Shown: piece after piece, positions 41,701-54,173 of the stretch
Layout: every line of letters begins with the position of its first letter
How positions within the stretch are numbered: the stretch's first letter is position 1
From: Botryllus schlosseri
Taxonomy: Eukaryota
NCBI GenBank assembly: GCA_051294905.1
Contig: CM119372.1
Span: forward strand, 10,728,001 to 10,788,000
Reading direction: 5' to 3'
Length of the DNA stretch: 60,000 nucleotides
Notes under the pieces: generated by a model
Database searches by the model: none
Told to the model about the DNA's origin: nothing
Seen by the model: only the letters and a program-made list of their open reading frames with translations
Program-made: the position numbers and the translations under genes

Positions 41701-43863
41701 AGTCTGCGAACAACATTCTAGTTTTTGAAACTTTACGTTAATACCTCGCCGTTCTGACTAACACGGGCGATGCCCATGGTTACCATAAAAGAAGTAGTAT
41801 TTCATTAAAGTATCGTAAAAATCGAGCCAAGCTTGGTGTACAGAAGTTTTCAATTCTCATGGGTATGGGAATGCACTGTTGTTGTTGTTATTGTTTATTA
41901 AATAAAAATATGTGGCGCTTATCGCCTGACGGCCTTTTGCACCACGCACTGTGATTTGATATGAACTGAATTTTGCTGTATTCATTTCCCGTATACAATT
42001 TCATTCAATTTCCAAGTTTTTTGAAACTGAGTACCTCTAATTCTAATTCTAATCTAATTTGGAAAAAGTTTAGTAGCTCTAATTCTAGTTCTAATCTAAT
42101 TTGGAAAAAGCTGTGTAGCTCTAATTCTAATTCTAATCTAATTAGAGAAAAACTGTGGAGCTCTAATTCTAATTCTAATCTAATTCAGAAAAGCTGAAAA
42201 TTTTCTAGTTGTCCAAGTCTATTTCGGGCATGCTCCTGATAAGTAGGCTACTGGTCATGTCATTGCCAAAGTCACATTATATCAGCGTTAGATTTACCTT
42301 AGAATATTGGAACAAATAAATAACAACAACAACATAAAGTGAAAATTAATAGGCCATAGTAAACAAATGTTCAATCTCCCAACCATCCATTGGTGTTATA
42401 GCTGTCGAGCGTACAACTTTTTTACTCGCCGCCTTTAATCGCGATAATAACATGGATGGAGGTTGGAGACACACAAGATATAACTAACTTTATACATCAA
42501 GGAGGCAACAGAGACCAATGGTTGCCATACCCACCTGCTTAGATAGCGAAATCCGCTACGTTACGCCCGCTACGACCTTTTGATATATTACTATTTCTCA
42601 TAACTAGGACAATTTTTTACCTTTAAATGGAAAATTTTGACATAAAAAAATCAAAATTTTGACAATTTTTGGCCTTAATAAACTTAATTTTCACCAAATT
42701 TTTACCTAATGTATGCAAATTCGGTGTTTTCCCACATCATGTTAGAATTGTACTACTCATCATTCTGGTTCGAAGTGTCCGTCTTTACAAAGTAGTTCGG
42801 CCTGACAAAACTTTTTTGACTTCAAAACTGACAAATTTTTTCATGAAGAAACTTGATTTTAACGAAATTTCGCTGTTGACGTTGTGTGATTGGTGGTCAA
42901 TCTCACAGCAGAGAGTCACCAAATATTCACAAACGAAATCTGGATATTTCGAGCAAACTTTTGTAACAAAGCAAGTAAATTTTTGTGATTGTCAAGTTAC
43001 ATATGCTCGTTTAGTATTGAGTTTTTTATGCTGCCAGCGCCATTGATAGAGTGACCAAAGATGTTATAATGAAGTGAAAATTGTAATATATGAAAAAGGT
43101 TCACAGTGCAGAACCTACCAAGGTTTGTAAACCTTAAAATTTCTGAGGTTCACACACAGAACGCGAATCTGAACCTCGCGTTCACACTATCTCTAGAAGA
43201 AAGGAGATTCAACTGTAAACACGGACGCTGTAATTTGGTTCATTGTTAATGTTATGAAATCACCACTCGGGTTTTTCACTTTCTCGGATGCCGGAGACGA
43301 TTTCGGTCAGCTGTCCTAGAGCTGTGCAGGCATATATCATTATATTATATGTGTGACTTAGTATCCGTGCATACAATGGCTGAGTCTTGGCGTTTCAGAT
43401 TTTTTAGGTAACTATTTGTCCAGAAAAATATGAGCATGGTGTGCACTTTCTTGCCTTCTCGCTAATTTTCATGACTTGATCGTAAGGGTGACTGGAGTCG
43501 AAACGCAGCACTGACGTCGGCTGGTTGATTATTTATGGTTTATGAACTTTTGAACATGTTGAACATTTGCAGTCTCGAGGGATAATTCACGTGAAAGTAT
43601 TTCTTATTAAAAATCATAAATTTTGATATAAATGTGCTGAACAGTACAACTATTTTTTCTTTTCCTCAGAATTTCTTCGCGGGCCGTATGAAATCGCCTG
43701 ACGGGCCGTATGTTTGACACCCCTGCTCTTTATCATACCATGTTATACTTGTAGATTGTCTTCTTGATGACGGAACGACTTTTCGCCGGTCCTGCTCATT
43801 TGGTATCGTTTGTGGTAGTCTAGTTCTGGGCGACAATTCTGCAACGTTACGCAGTCTTTTCAT
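32791..43863 (-). CDS. Effector caspase (caspase-3/7-like), ~315 aa
   Basis: Exons 43863-43739 (less certain), 40169-40037, 39052-38905, 38826-38654, 37770-37632, 37069-36972 and 32922-32791 (948 nt) give YNMSHKDRGIFVIFNHK...RTGTDTD...AILTHG...KGKPKLFFVQACRG...[34 protein letters not shown]...IMTRVNRMVAYDFES...KQMPSLVTRLT. The catalytic His (THG) and Cys (QACRG) are intact. Confidence 0.93.
33440..33592 (+). mobile_element. LINE 3'-end fragment with (TGAT)n tail
   Basis: cgcccaggccaagttgggcgtctgatcttaaagactactccaag...aataaaactgattgattgattga matches the LINE 3' UTR pieces at ~6510-6563/8160-8225, 12944-13095 and (inverted) ~6180-6300. Confidence 0.7.
34269..34464. mobile_element. Short MITE with (TATGG)n repeats
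   Basis: Ends cagggctgtatgg / ccatatcatgccctg with inverted TATGGAA/TTCCAT arrays. A similar fragment is at ~33000-33076. Confidence 0.6.
34716..36713. mobile_element. Degenerate hAT-like element in caspase last intron, containing nested element 35184-36420
   Basis: Start caggagcaggcaaaatacggcccg and end gcggcccgcgaatg...cctacactattg. The right boundary is approximate. Confidence 0.55.
35184..36420. mobile_element. hAT-like element with (TTTAGCG)n subterminal arrays
   Basis: TIRs cagtgttgccaa / ttggcaacactg and perfect TSD gaacagat (35176-35183, 36421-36428). Confidence 0.88.
38092..38265. mobile_element. hAT (Charlie-like) MITE
   Basis: TIRs cagtggttcccaac / gttgggaaccactg and TSD gtatagct on both sides. 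Confidence 0.88.
39122..39535. mobile_element. hAT-like MITE with (GGATTA)n repeats
   Basis: TIRs cagagatgagc / gctcatctctg and TSD gtgtagtg on both sides. Confidence 0.85.
40595..40757. mobile_element. MITE, CAGACTTGGACAA family (short form)
   Basis: TIRs cagacttggacaacta / tagttgtccaagtctg and TSD ggttcagg on both sides. Confidence 0.88.
41004..41266 (+). mobile_element. tRNA-derived SINE
   Basis: Pol III A box TAGCGTAGTGG and B box GGTTCGAGTCC followed by a non-tRNA body. A second copy lies on the minus strand at ~49837-50623, and the tail also matches ~12585-12675. Confidence 0.8.
41323..42221. mobile_element. MITE, CAGACTTGGACAA family (long form) with (TCTAAT)n arrays
   Basis: Same TIRs as 40595-40757, with TSD tttcgggc (41315-41322, 42222-42229). 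Confidence 0.88.
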
Positions 43864-45026
43864 TTCGATGATAGGACAGTATCTAGCTACCTACCGATAA
43901 ACCAAGAACCACTCGCAATTGCATATGCTCGGTCATGGCCTACTGTTTTTAGTAGGCCATGGCTCGGTTTAAATCCTACCACTTACCACCGTCTGTGAAA
44001 CTACCAGCTTCGTGCGTAACGTTGGACATTGCCACTTCAAAGCTCGAACTGTGTAATCCTCGACCGGTTATCGCTAGCGCTCATTGCCTATCCTTCGTGT
44101 ATGCGCAGCAAAATACATGACTCAAACGCCATCCTCTGTCGATCGATTGTTGAGATTGCCTAACTTACCTATGTCTGACACTGTTTTGCGGCAATTTCCT
44201 ACGTAACCGTACGTGTAGTTTCCGCTATGGCGTAAATCACGTTGGTGATTAGAAAATGCCTCAAGTGGCGGATTTTGTTGACCTCCGGCACTCGATTGTT
44301 TGCGCGCGTATTTACGGTTTGATTTAAAGAAGTATCCAACTTCTCATCGGTGTTATCGACGCCAGGACGCGATAATGTTTTATAACGGCACATCTTTACA
44401 CCATGTACAATGCCCCTATCAACATGCCTATACCTTGTATGAATGCGTGGCCAGAATTGAAATTTGATGGGGTAACTGCTATTACAACAATAAAATGTTG
44501 TCCCAGATACATAACCATCGCGTCAAAATCCGTGTATTCCGAAATTAGGAAGACAATGTTAACTACGTAACTAGAACTACATTTGTACGCACGTATGCAA
44601 ATCAACTTTAATTGTACCATTTAGACCTACTTGATTTATTTGATTGTTCGAATTTCAGTGCTATCAAGATCATTGATGTATCCTCGGAGATTTCTTATTG
44701 CTGAAACCATTTTTTGAAAAATCAATTTCTTTATTTATAAAGATACGAATAACCATTTTTTAAACTCACCCTAAATAGGATACACACAAATGAAATATTA
44801 GCATAAATCAAGTGGAAACTTGGTGCAAACATTGCTTCTGTCTACTAAAAAATTATGTAGTGAAAATCCCGTCACGTGACGTTGTTCATGAGGTCAGCAG
44901 CGGTAGCATTCGTAAATATTTTGCACACATTTTTTCTTCAATTCCGTAACCATAATAATCATCCAATACTCTCCATATCAGTTATCCCATGATCTTATAT
45001 TTATCAACAGAAATCATTAAATCATT

Positions 45027-48000
45027 ATGACTCATCTTCCGGTGGAGTTTTGGGAAATTCTAGACCACGCGCAAAGGAACGGAACATTTACGTATCCAAT
45101 TTTGTCGCTCATTGAAGAAAATATCCAAGCTCAGAACAGGTAATTTGCCACCACACACTGGTTCAGGCGTACGTCATAAATATTCCAATTTCGCTAGTTT
45201 GACGATCAATAAAATCGAATCACTCATCGTCGAAATCATCAGCGACATCGCTTCGTTGAAGCCTCCCATTCTTCAATACAAGTACGTAAGTCAAAAGGTT
45301 GATATCGTAGGTGGATGGATATGTGATTGTTGTAATAGCTGTAGAAAACGTTGGGAAAACGTGCAGTATATCGAGGGTTTTGGACTGCAAGTGAAGGAAG
45401 ACTGTGTGAAGACTACCGTGTCTCTGTACAGGAGCGGATCAAGTTACAATTTTGGTACCGTTTCGTTTTTGACTATTATATGCAAGCCTGGGGTCGCCAA
45501 CCTTTCGTATTCAGTGTGCCGAAAGTTAAAATGTCCGCACATTCGGTATATTCGTATGTATTTCCGATTGATTCAAGGCTACTGTACGAAACTCTATGAT
45601 TTTACGTACTTGCCGCCCTTTAGCCATGCCGCACACTTCAAAATTCAGACTTGAGACGGCTATATATAGGCTAGGGCAGGCCTGGGCAAAGTGCGGCCCG
45701 CGGAGCTATTCCGTGCAGCCCGCGAAGGGTTGCTTGAAAGTGAAAATATAAAACCTACTTTTTAATGTTGCTGCGTGGACTAAAACCATAGGATGTATAA
45801 ACTGAGCCGGAAATACGTTTATACTATTAAGCCGGTTCGTTAACATGCCGTGATTACGCAGCCTATACGTAGGCCTACCTCACATGCCTAATCCAGATTC
45901 AAAGTAAAGCAAATGTAGCAAGTTATGCCGTTACAATTAACGTTACAAGAAGAAACCAAACTTCTTTCATGCCATTGTCACATTACGCATTACACGGTAT
46001 GTGTTTCAAATTGTTACGTGATGCGTTTCCAAATCCCTAATTCGTAAAACAAGTCAATCAGTGCCCGTGATTTCTATGAGTAAATCACCACTCATAAAGG
46101 ATGCCAAAAAAAAGAAAGCTCTAAAGCTGAAATTCAAAGATATTTCGGAGGACTAAATATTTGTTTACTACCCGTCTTTTTAGTAGTTAGTGCCGAGCAC
46201 GTCGCCGTGTTTAAGGTTCTATGACAAAAACGCGAAGATATACACTCGATCAAGTGACGGCGGTATAACTGCAAGCTTGGCTCACCAACAAAGTCATTTC
46301 GGCAAGCTGCACACTTCTCGGAAACCAGCTACCAAGACAATAAGCTTTATAGTATTCCCAGGACCGGAATTGCGGCACCCTAAACCCCTCAATTGAGGGC
46401 GAGCTCGAAGGGCGCCCAAAATGATTTCGTGAATGAACATTAAATATAGAGTATTTTTTTGAAAATTTATGCAACTTCTGTCAAACTTTCTCATGCTATA
46501 TGCGCGATTGAGAGATTGGTTTATAGAACTGGGCACTTCGGCGTCAGCCATTACCGCGCCACGACGCATCAAGACATATGAAGTTTTGGCCAACTCGGGA
46601 TTCCGATAAGGTACTGCAATTGCAACTGCTGATCAAATTAACTAAGTAAAGGAAAAAAAAGCTGGACAGCGAGAAATCCTTGGCCGAAAAAGACTGCCAT
46701 TGTGTTGTGTTGACCGAAAACCACGGTGTCCAATTGTCCATAGGCAATATTTCCCAGTGAATAATATATACCAATTGGGAATTGTGTGCGTCTTTCATTT
46801 AGTAAGCATTGGCGGTTTCAATATCTTTTCACATAGAAGACGGGAGGTCACGAAATAACAACATGTAACGAAGTAATTATACCAACGTTCCCTCCCGAAT
46901 ATATCCAAGACAGCACCTCACTTAGCTCTAGCGGTAAAATCGAGTACGTGGGTTGAGAGAGATATAAAAAAATACAGCAATATATATTCTATTACCAATA
47001 TTGACCGATTGAATCATGAATCATGGAAAAATTCCGCGTTTCGCGCGATTAGGGCATAAAACGTTGCCAATTAGTGTATACAAAAAATCTCGCCCAGAAG
47101 TGTAGTGTTAAAAACGTGCATCCCGCTGGGGTCTGGTCTTGGGGCGAAGCCCCCAATAGTTTGGTTATTAACTCTATATGGGAGGCCCAAGACCAGCGTT
47201 TGGGGGGCTGACGACATGCTGTTTCGCCAATCCCAAATACATTTTAATGTATTGATAGAAAAACGCGGATAGGGGTTTAAAGAGAGTTTAAAATGTATCA
47301 TGGTTAATATTGTTTCAAAATATGACGGCAAATAAATATTTGTTTTGTTAATTAACCGTCAATTTTTCATTCCCTAATATCAACTCATCCATCTCAGCAC
47401 GATTTAGTGTAATTCACTGCTTTCAATTTAGAAATAAAATCAATACGCTGGAGAATACAGCTGAAGTTTCTGACTCGGCCCGCCAACATATTCTCTGCTT
47501 CTCATTTGGCCTGGGGAGAAGAATAACTGCCCACCCCTGGGCTAGGGGTAAATGTATCAGCAGGGGAGATAGCAAAGTGCTGTCGATAAGCGCCTACCGC
47601 CCAGGCGGCCGCGTTGGAGGTTATTCTGGGTTCTTCCCCCCGCGGCTTCAAAAAAAAAACAGAAAAAGATCCGACGAAAGAGCGCACTCACTAAGAATGG
47701 AAAGAGCAAGAAAAAGCCGCGAAAAGAGACGAACATCGAAAAAGGAACCGTGACATCGGGCATTAGGCCGAGGTGGATGCCAGTTTAAGATACCGCAACT
47801 GCTCGTTCGGCATCCTCGGTATCTGTTCATTACATCGCATTGTGTGTTATCGCATTGTACATTGTGTGTGTCTGACGATTATTGATTATCATGTATGAAG
47901 TACTATATGGTGTTTTTCAGAGTTCGAAAGAGGATAGATGGTTTAATTAGTCTTTATAGAAAACCAAATAAAATCGTGGAAAAGTTGAAAATATAGGATT

Positions 48001-51000
48001 ATATAAAAATATTCTTTTGCTACATTTGGTGGTCACTGGTCATGTTTTGACAATTTCGCATATAGACTCGCGCCAAATCCTTTGGAATGCCATGCGTGCT
48101 AGGGATTGCTGACCCCAGATGTCAGCTGTGAGATATTAATCTTATTCCTCTTGAGCTTTCGATTTTTACAGGATTGATTTTGAAAGTACTGTGTATGATA
48201 CATCGAATGATTTTGACAAACCAGTCGGCGACTAAAAGGGACATATTTTACAATGACCCTCAGGTATTGTTTTCATATTCGATATTAATGGATGTTGGCG
48301 GACGAAAATATTTTCGAAAATATTTGACCTTATCGCAATACCGCGTGTCTTAATTAGATCTCTGTAAACTTAGCCCTCCTCACCACTCTCCGATTGGCAA
48401 ACACATTTTAACGGCAGTTGAGAACGGGGACTTTTAACCACTTCGAAGCAGAATTTGCCTATGAAATAGTAGGTTACATGAAATTTTATAGCAAATAAAG
48501 TTTTATAAATTATTATTTGACATCGGATATGAATTGATGTCTGCATAATTTTATGATTCGCTTGTCTGTCCATGTGTTTCCGCTGAAATGCCATTTATTC
48601 CAGCTGTTCAAGAGTCAAACCACGGTAAATCATATTGTCGACGACATAGCATGCATGCTCGATGTCCCGAGATATGTTTTGAAAGTTGGCGCCACCTCCA
48701 AAGGCGTCGTGGCCGGTGATCTACAGTTTTCAACCGACGATGGTAACATCATAGACTGCCGTGATATATCAACGGTACCGACGAGTTCAACTGACAAGAC
48801 AGTACGCGCGGATATGTAACAGTGGTGCATATGCAATCCACAGGGACTGTCTGTACCTGGACGCATTCATGCCATACGCGAGGTCACTTCCGACAGTGCG
48901 AGATTTATACTGGTTGTAGAGAAAGACGCGTCTTTTCAGAGATTGCTGGAGGAGGAGCTACCGATGAAAATGTCTTGCATTTTGGTAACGGTACGAAATT
49001 TAATTTCTATGTGAAGAAGAATGCTCCTTTGGGTGAAGAGTTAGATGTGTGAATACTACGTATGTACAGGGTAAAGGTGTTCCGGACGTGGATACGCGGA
49101 TGTTTACAAAGTTGCTGAGCGACACTTTACGCGTTCCAGTATTCGGATTATTCGACGCTGACCCGTATGGTAAAGACTTATAGGTCACATGCTAATAGGA
49201 CTGAAATCCATGTAGATGAGAAGTATTCTTTTACAAATTATTAAAATAATGAGAGAATTTGTAGAATTCAATAAGCTTTTAAAGTTTTTGATTAATTAAC
49301 CTGTGTCAGAGATACTAGACCTTTCACCGCAATGGCCAACGCGAATTGACCAGTTAGCAATATTGCCCATGGACTTCGAAATTTTTGGTACACCGGATCT
49401 GCTCCTCTGATCAAGACCTAGCCCTTGCAACCTTACAAATCGCTCTTACCGCCGCCGCTTATTTGATGATTGTCTGAATATAAGTTAGAGAAAGAACGGG
49501 CATTGGAAGGATAATTCTACTAATTTTCTACAGGCATCGAAATCATGTGCGTTTACAGATTCGGGTCATTGGTAAGCTGGCTTGCTTTTATTTGCCATGG
49601 CCATTCGTCCTGTAACTATTTTATTCACGTGCAGTCGCTTGCCTACGATTCGGGAAACTTGGCGATTGACAATTTTCGCTGGATCGGATTGTTGCCGTCT
49701 GATGTAGCGACGTACGTATGCATTCGTTAACTTCTGCAGGATCAGTCTGTACTATGTAGCGTATGAATGCCGATGATGAAATTGGCATCAGAATTTAGGC
49801 TTAGCCGCTTAGAATTCGCAGTTGTAAGTTATTTGCGGTATTCATGGTGTTTGTCGACTGCTAGCCTATATGGTCGGTCATTTACACCAGGCCAATTTTC
49901 TTTGTTTTTATTCCGTAGATGCCGACTAGCACGGCCCACTTCTAGGCTTTTATAAGATGCAGCTAACACTGATGAGATGGCGAGGAGGAGCCAGTGTTGT
50001 AACCAAGTCGCAAGTCAATCTCATTTTTATAGTTTTGACTCTGGAGTCAACTCGAATCATTTTCAATTCACCACCGAGTCAATTCCGAGTCCAAGTCATG
50101 AAGCAGAGGGTCGAATCCGAATCATGGTCATGGTATTATGACCCGTGTCCAAGTCCAAGTCGTTGTGTTGACTGCTCAAGTGCTCAGTTTCCAGTTAAAG
50201 TCTCGTTAAACTCACCTTTTTATAACTATGTTTGGTCATATCGAATGGTTCGCATTTATAACATACTAATTTTCCTCACTTTTAGAAATTTTTGGTCGCA
50301 TTTTCAAGTACCAGTACCAAAAGACGAAATCCCAATAGTGTGATTACTTTACTATTCTTCGAATAATGAAATGTCGGCCTTGGCAGTTTGAGTCTCGAGT
50401 CATATGACTTGGTTCGAGCCATGCGACTCGAGTCCACGACGAGTCATTGCCGTATTTTGAGAAAATGACTCGAGTCATCATAAAATCGCGACTCTAGTCA
50501 TTACAACCTTGAGAGGAGCCTATAGATAAACCCGCGACGCTTTGTTGCGAATTCTGGAGTCGACCTCGGTCGGACTCGAACCCGCAACCCATTGGTATTG
50601 CAGCTGTGGATTATAGCACTACGAAAATCAAAGAACCAATGTAATTACAAAAATTTCGTGTCATGGTGCACATAGCCTGAAAAAGGCGATAAGCGCCTTT
50701 GTGTTGTGCAAATAATAATATTAATATTAACCACAACGCGATATCGCCATCCCAAAATTCTCAGTTGGTCAGTGTAAGGTTCTGCATGATGGCAGAAAGA
50801 TATCACAACGTAGCCGCCCAACTAATAAATACGCTTTACCACACATTCACGGCGTGAGACAGTCAGACCACAGTGTTCTTGGTGCAGGACATTATGCCTG
50901 ACAGAATCTCTCTTACAGGTTAGGTTTGTTGCAGCAGTCACTCATACCATTTACCGATGGGGATACGAGAAAGTGCAGGGACTTGATTAATCGACCATAT

Positions 51001-51213
51001 ATGGCAGCATTTCCGGACATCTTGCATCAGGTATTGGTCAAATGACTTGCTGACACCATCCAAACGTTGCGGGTTACACGTTTCCATAATCAGGTGACGC
51101 TGATGCAACAGCTACAATGTAAAGCAGAACTTCAAGCCTTGGAGCTCATTTCACAATCGTATCTTACCGATACCTTGATACCGTCGAAAGTTGAAATGGG
51201 CGAATGGATATGA
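45027..51213 (+). CDS. SPO11: Meiotic recombination protein SPO11 (TopoVI A-like), 389 aa
   Basis: Exons 45027-45139, 45198-45281, 45339-45454, 48172-48263, 48604-48774, 48844-48990, 49070-49169, 49534-49571, 49635-49711, 50919-51030 and 51094-51213 (1170 nt) give ATKRDIFYND (catalytic Tyr), ATSKGVVAG, ILVVEKDASFQRL, TGKGVPD, DADPYGIEIMCVYRFGS, RWIGLLPSD and KAELQAL...GEWI*. Confidence 0.96.
45488..48118. mobile_element. Outer hAT-like element filling SPO11 intron 3
   Basis: TIRs ctggggtcgccaacc / gggattgctgaccccag and degenerate TSD atgcaagc / atgtcagc. Confidence 0.65.
45677..47539. mobile_element. Nested hAT-like element, itself containing a further element at ~46359-47240
   Basis: TIRs caggcctgggcaaag / aactgcccacccctg and perfect TSD ggctaggg (45669-45676, 47540-47547). 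The inner part is homologous to 52454-53752. Confidence 0.82.
49837..50623 (-). mobile_element. tRNA-derived SINE split by a hAT MITE (49992-50511)
   Basis: Reverse complement of 41004-41266. The insert has TIRs cagtgttgtaac / ttacaaccttg, TSD ggaggagc / agaggagc and GACTCGAGTC repeats. Confidence 0.78.
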
Positions 51214-52362
51214 AACCCGGATAAAGCCGTGAATGTACATTGTGATGAAATCGGAGTGCGGAATTCTAGTTATTAAATCAGTTCGGGATTCAAAAATTCC
51301 CACAAAAAATCCTTGAATTCATAATAATGATTGCATGGACCGCACAGACGCGACCAGGGTTAGACGACTTGAGCAGTTCATTCCAATATTGATACACGAT
51401 TATAACACAGTAGCCTGGTTGGTGGCAATGTTCGAGAAAGTAAATAACACGAACAGAAATGTTGCTACGAAAGTTCCATCCCTGCATTTCATTACACGAT
51501 GTCCTACACACCCACACTCTGCAGCTGTGCGTTGGATTTGAATTTCACACTGTATCGCCGTCACGAGTGACTTTCATAACTGCACATTATCACGTATCTC
51601 TGTCTAATATCAATTGACAAAAGACGGAGATAAGTGACTTTCGGAGAGATGCATACCAGATCGAAGTATAGCAAACGAAGTGTGCCGATGAAATGGGCAA
51701 CTGTCTATACTTGTAGCCTGAGCATAGGGGGATTTATACACTGCATGTTGACGGAGTATAGAATATGATGGTACATCCATCGCGTTATTGGCAATTGGTA
51801 GTTTTGCTGGAGGGATGTAAAAATCGGTGCATATCGAACGAAATAGTGGTATGCCTGAATGCAGAAATATTGTCGTTGACTCAACGTGTAAATCTACGAT
51901 TGGAAAATTACTGTAGATTTGTGGACCACGTGAAATATCATTCAAATTGGTGAAATGGTCTATTGCACTAAGAATTGTCTTCATTGGCTTAATTAGATCT
52001 ATAGATTTATGCTCATTCGGTAACAAAGCGATTCGTATTTGATGTTTGCAATTGTTGCGTTATATTTAGTCATCACTATACTTCGCTGCTGAAAAGAAAA
52101 GTCGCCCTCTTAAGTTTGATTCTGACTAATGCCTTGAACCAAGATATAGCCTGGATTAAGAATTAATGGTGAATACTTTGCTCTTTCAACGTAACAATAT
52201 CGCATCTGTGACATCACATTGACGTTATACATCATTAGGTCGGTAATTCATGGATAACTTCTCTTTTTACTACAGCATCGCTCAGTTCGTATCAATGCAG
52301 AAGTAAATACCTCATATGGTAATGGCGAGTGAGGTTTTAGCATGATATAGTTTGGACGGATA

Positions 52363-54173
52363 CAGGTGCTGAATATTTGATACTTTGTATTAGACAGAAA
52401 TGGTCAGTGTCTAATTACTTGTACTTTTTCGTAGTACTCCATTGGGGTTTCCCCAGCACCGTAACTGCCGCACCCCAAAGCCCCAATTGGGGGGGGGGGG
52501 CCGAGCTCGAAGGGGGCCCAAAACTATTTCGTGAATTAGCATAAATCATAGAGTATTTTTTGAAAATTTATGCAATTTTTTCAAATGTTTTTCGCGCTGA
52601 GCGCGAATTCAAGTAGCCATTTATCTATATTATTGAGTATTGGCCCATTACCGCGCCACGACCCACCAAGACAAACAATCAAGTTTTAGGCCATATAACA
52701 TGCGACTCCAAGAAGTGTGCCATAACGATCGGCAGCGGGAAAAGCTTGGCCGAAAAGGTCTATGCCCTTATGCAGACCTAAGACTTCGTTATATAGGCTA
52801 TACAAAATACATATAGGTTAGGCTAATTGTCCATAGGCGCCTAAATCACTGGCGCCGAATGTTCCTGTCTTTACAATCTGAACCTCACAAGACAAATACT
52901 ATCCCGCTGGGAAAAATTTTATGCCAGTGAAGAAATACCATTTTGAAATCGTGTGCGTCTCTTAGTTTAGAAGCCTACGTTTGGGCGATTCTATATTTTT
53001 TGATATAGCAGACTGGAAGTCACGAAATAACATCATGTAACGAAGTCATATCAACGGGTCCGCCCGCCCGAAGATGTTTAATCATTATTTACGGGCTTGC
53101 CCGTTATCAAGACACTTCGCTCAGCTCTACCGGTAAATCTAATTACGTGAGTAGAGAGGACAATAAATTGATACCATAATATATATGCAATCGCCGATCT
53201 GATTGACCGATTTTATCATAAATTATCGAAAATTTTCGCGCGTCGCGCTGGCTCACAATACAGTACAGATAATTTCGTGACAAACGCGAACAACGTGATG
53301 GGGGGTCGTTTTATCACCCTATGGGAGCCCAAGACCCACGTTTTTGGGGGCCTGACGAGGTGCTGCTTCGTTCCTGTCAACTGGTATACGCCCGAAGATG
53401 TTTAATTATTATTGAGTGGGCCTACCTTTTCAAACACACCTCACTCAGCTCTACCGGCAAATCTGAATACGTGAGCAGAGAGAAGATAAAAATTGATAAC
53501 AATATATGCAATTCCCGATCATACTGTCAGATGAAATCATGAATTCTAGAAATTTTCCGCGCTTCGCGCGCTTAGGCGACAAAAGCTGGTGACTAAACAA
53601 ACTCCCAATGAATAGGATGAATAGCGGTAAACAGTGTATCGCTAGAGGGGGGTCTGGGGGGCGAAGTCCCCTCAGAAGTTCGGTCTATAACCCTATGGGG
53701 GGCCCAAGACCAAAGTTTTGGGGGGGCCTGACGAAGTGCTGTTACGGCCCTGGGTTTCCCCACTTGCAATACTTGGTTAGGTTGGCTTTAGACTATTTCC
53801 ACTTCTTCGTAACGGGTTTTATGGCAAAATTACTTACTTTCGTACCATTTGGATTTTTTAGTTAGGTTCCCTTCACTTTCACATGTGAAACTAGTAACTA
53901 CCGTGACAACCAAACGAATTATCTCCAGTATCACGGGAACTGAGTATTTTTCGAAAATCACACATATTAGCTGCGATGGTATATCTTAAAATTCGAACTA
54001 CTTTAGATTGACTACTGAACATGCGACGCCTCGGCCAAATCTACTTTTTGAAACTACTTACTGGAATACTTTGGAGAACTTTACTTTATACTTCTACTTG
54101 GAGTAGTTATGAGCATGTATTTACGGTATAACTTCTACTTGAGCAGCAATGTTTACTACTTTATCCGCTCCTG
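52363..54173. mobile_element. hAT-like element with TACTT repeats, hosting nested element 52454-53752
   Basis: Ends caggtgctgaata / ttatccgctcctg, with (TACTT)-rich subterminal regions on both sides of the insert. Confidence 0.55.
52454..53752. mobile_element. hAT-like non-autonomous element with internal partial duplication
   Basis: Ends cagcaccgtaac / gttacggccctg and TSD ggtttccc (52446-52453, 53753-53760). Segment ~53065-53370 is repeated at ~53385-53745. Confidence 0.82.

Larger units (their letters stand above)
40563..43195. mobile_element. hAT-like element, TAGGGATGGTGTGAAC family (nested)
   Basis: TIRs tagggatggtgtgaac / gttcacactatctcta and TSD gaagatag / gaagataa. Inverted homologue at 55405-56374. 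Confidence 0.8.
40219..43725. mobile_element. Outer hAT-like element filling caspase intron 1, with several nested insertions
   Basis: TIRs caggggtatcaaac / gtttgacacccctg with GCGGGCCG subterminal motifs. The TSD is degenerate. Confidence 0.7.

Noticed and set aside
41363..42197. ORFs with repeated IRLELELE / SNSNSNLI peptides
   Set aside because: They are translations of the (TCTAAT)n subterminal arrays of a MITE.
51610..52026. 138-aa minus-strand ORF downstream of SPO11
   Set aside because: It has a non-ATG start, no recognisable motif, and no consistent spliced model with neighbouring segments.
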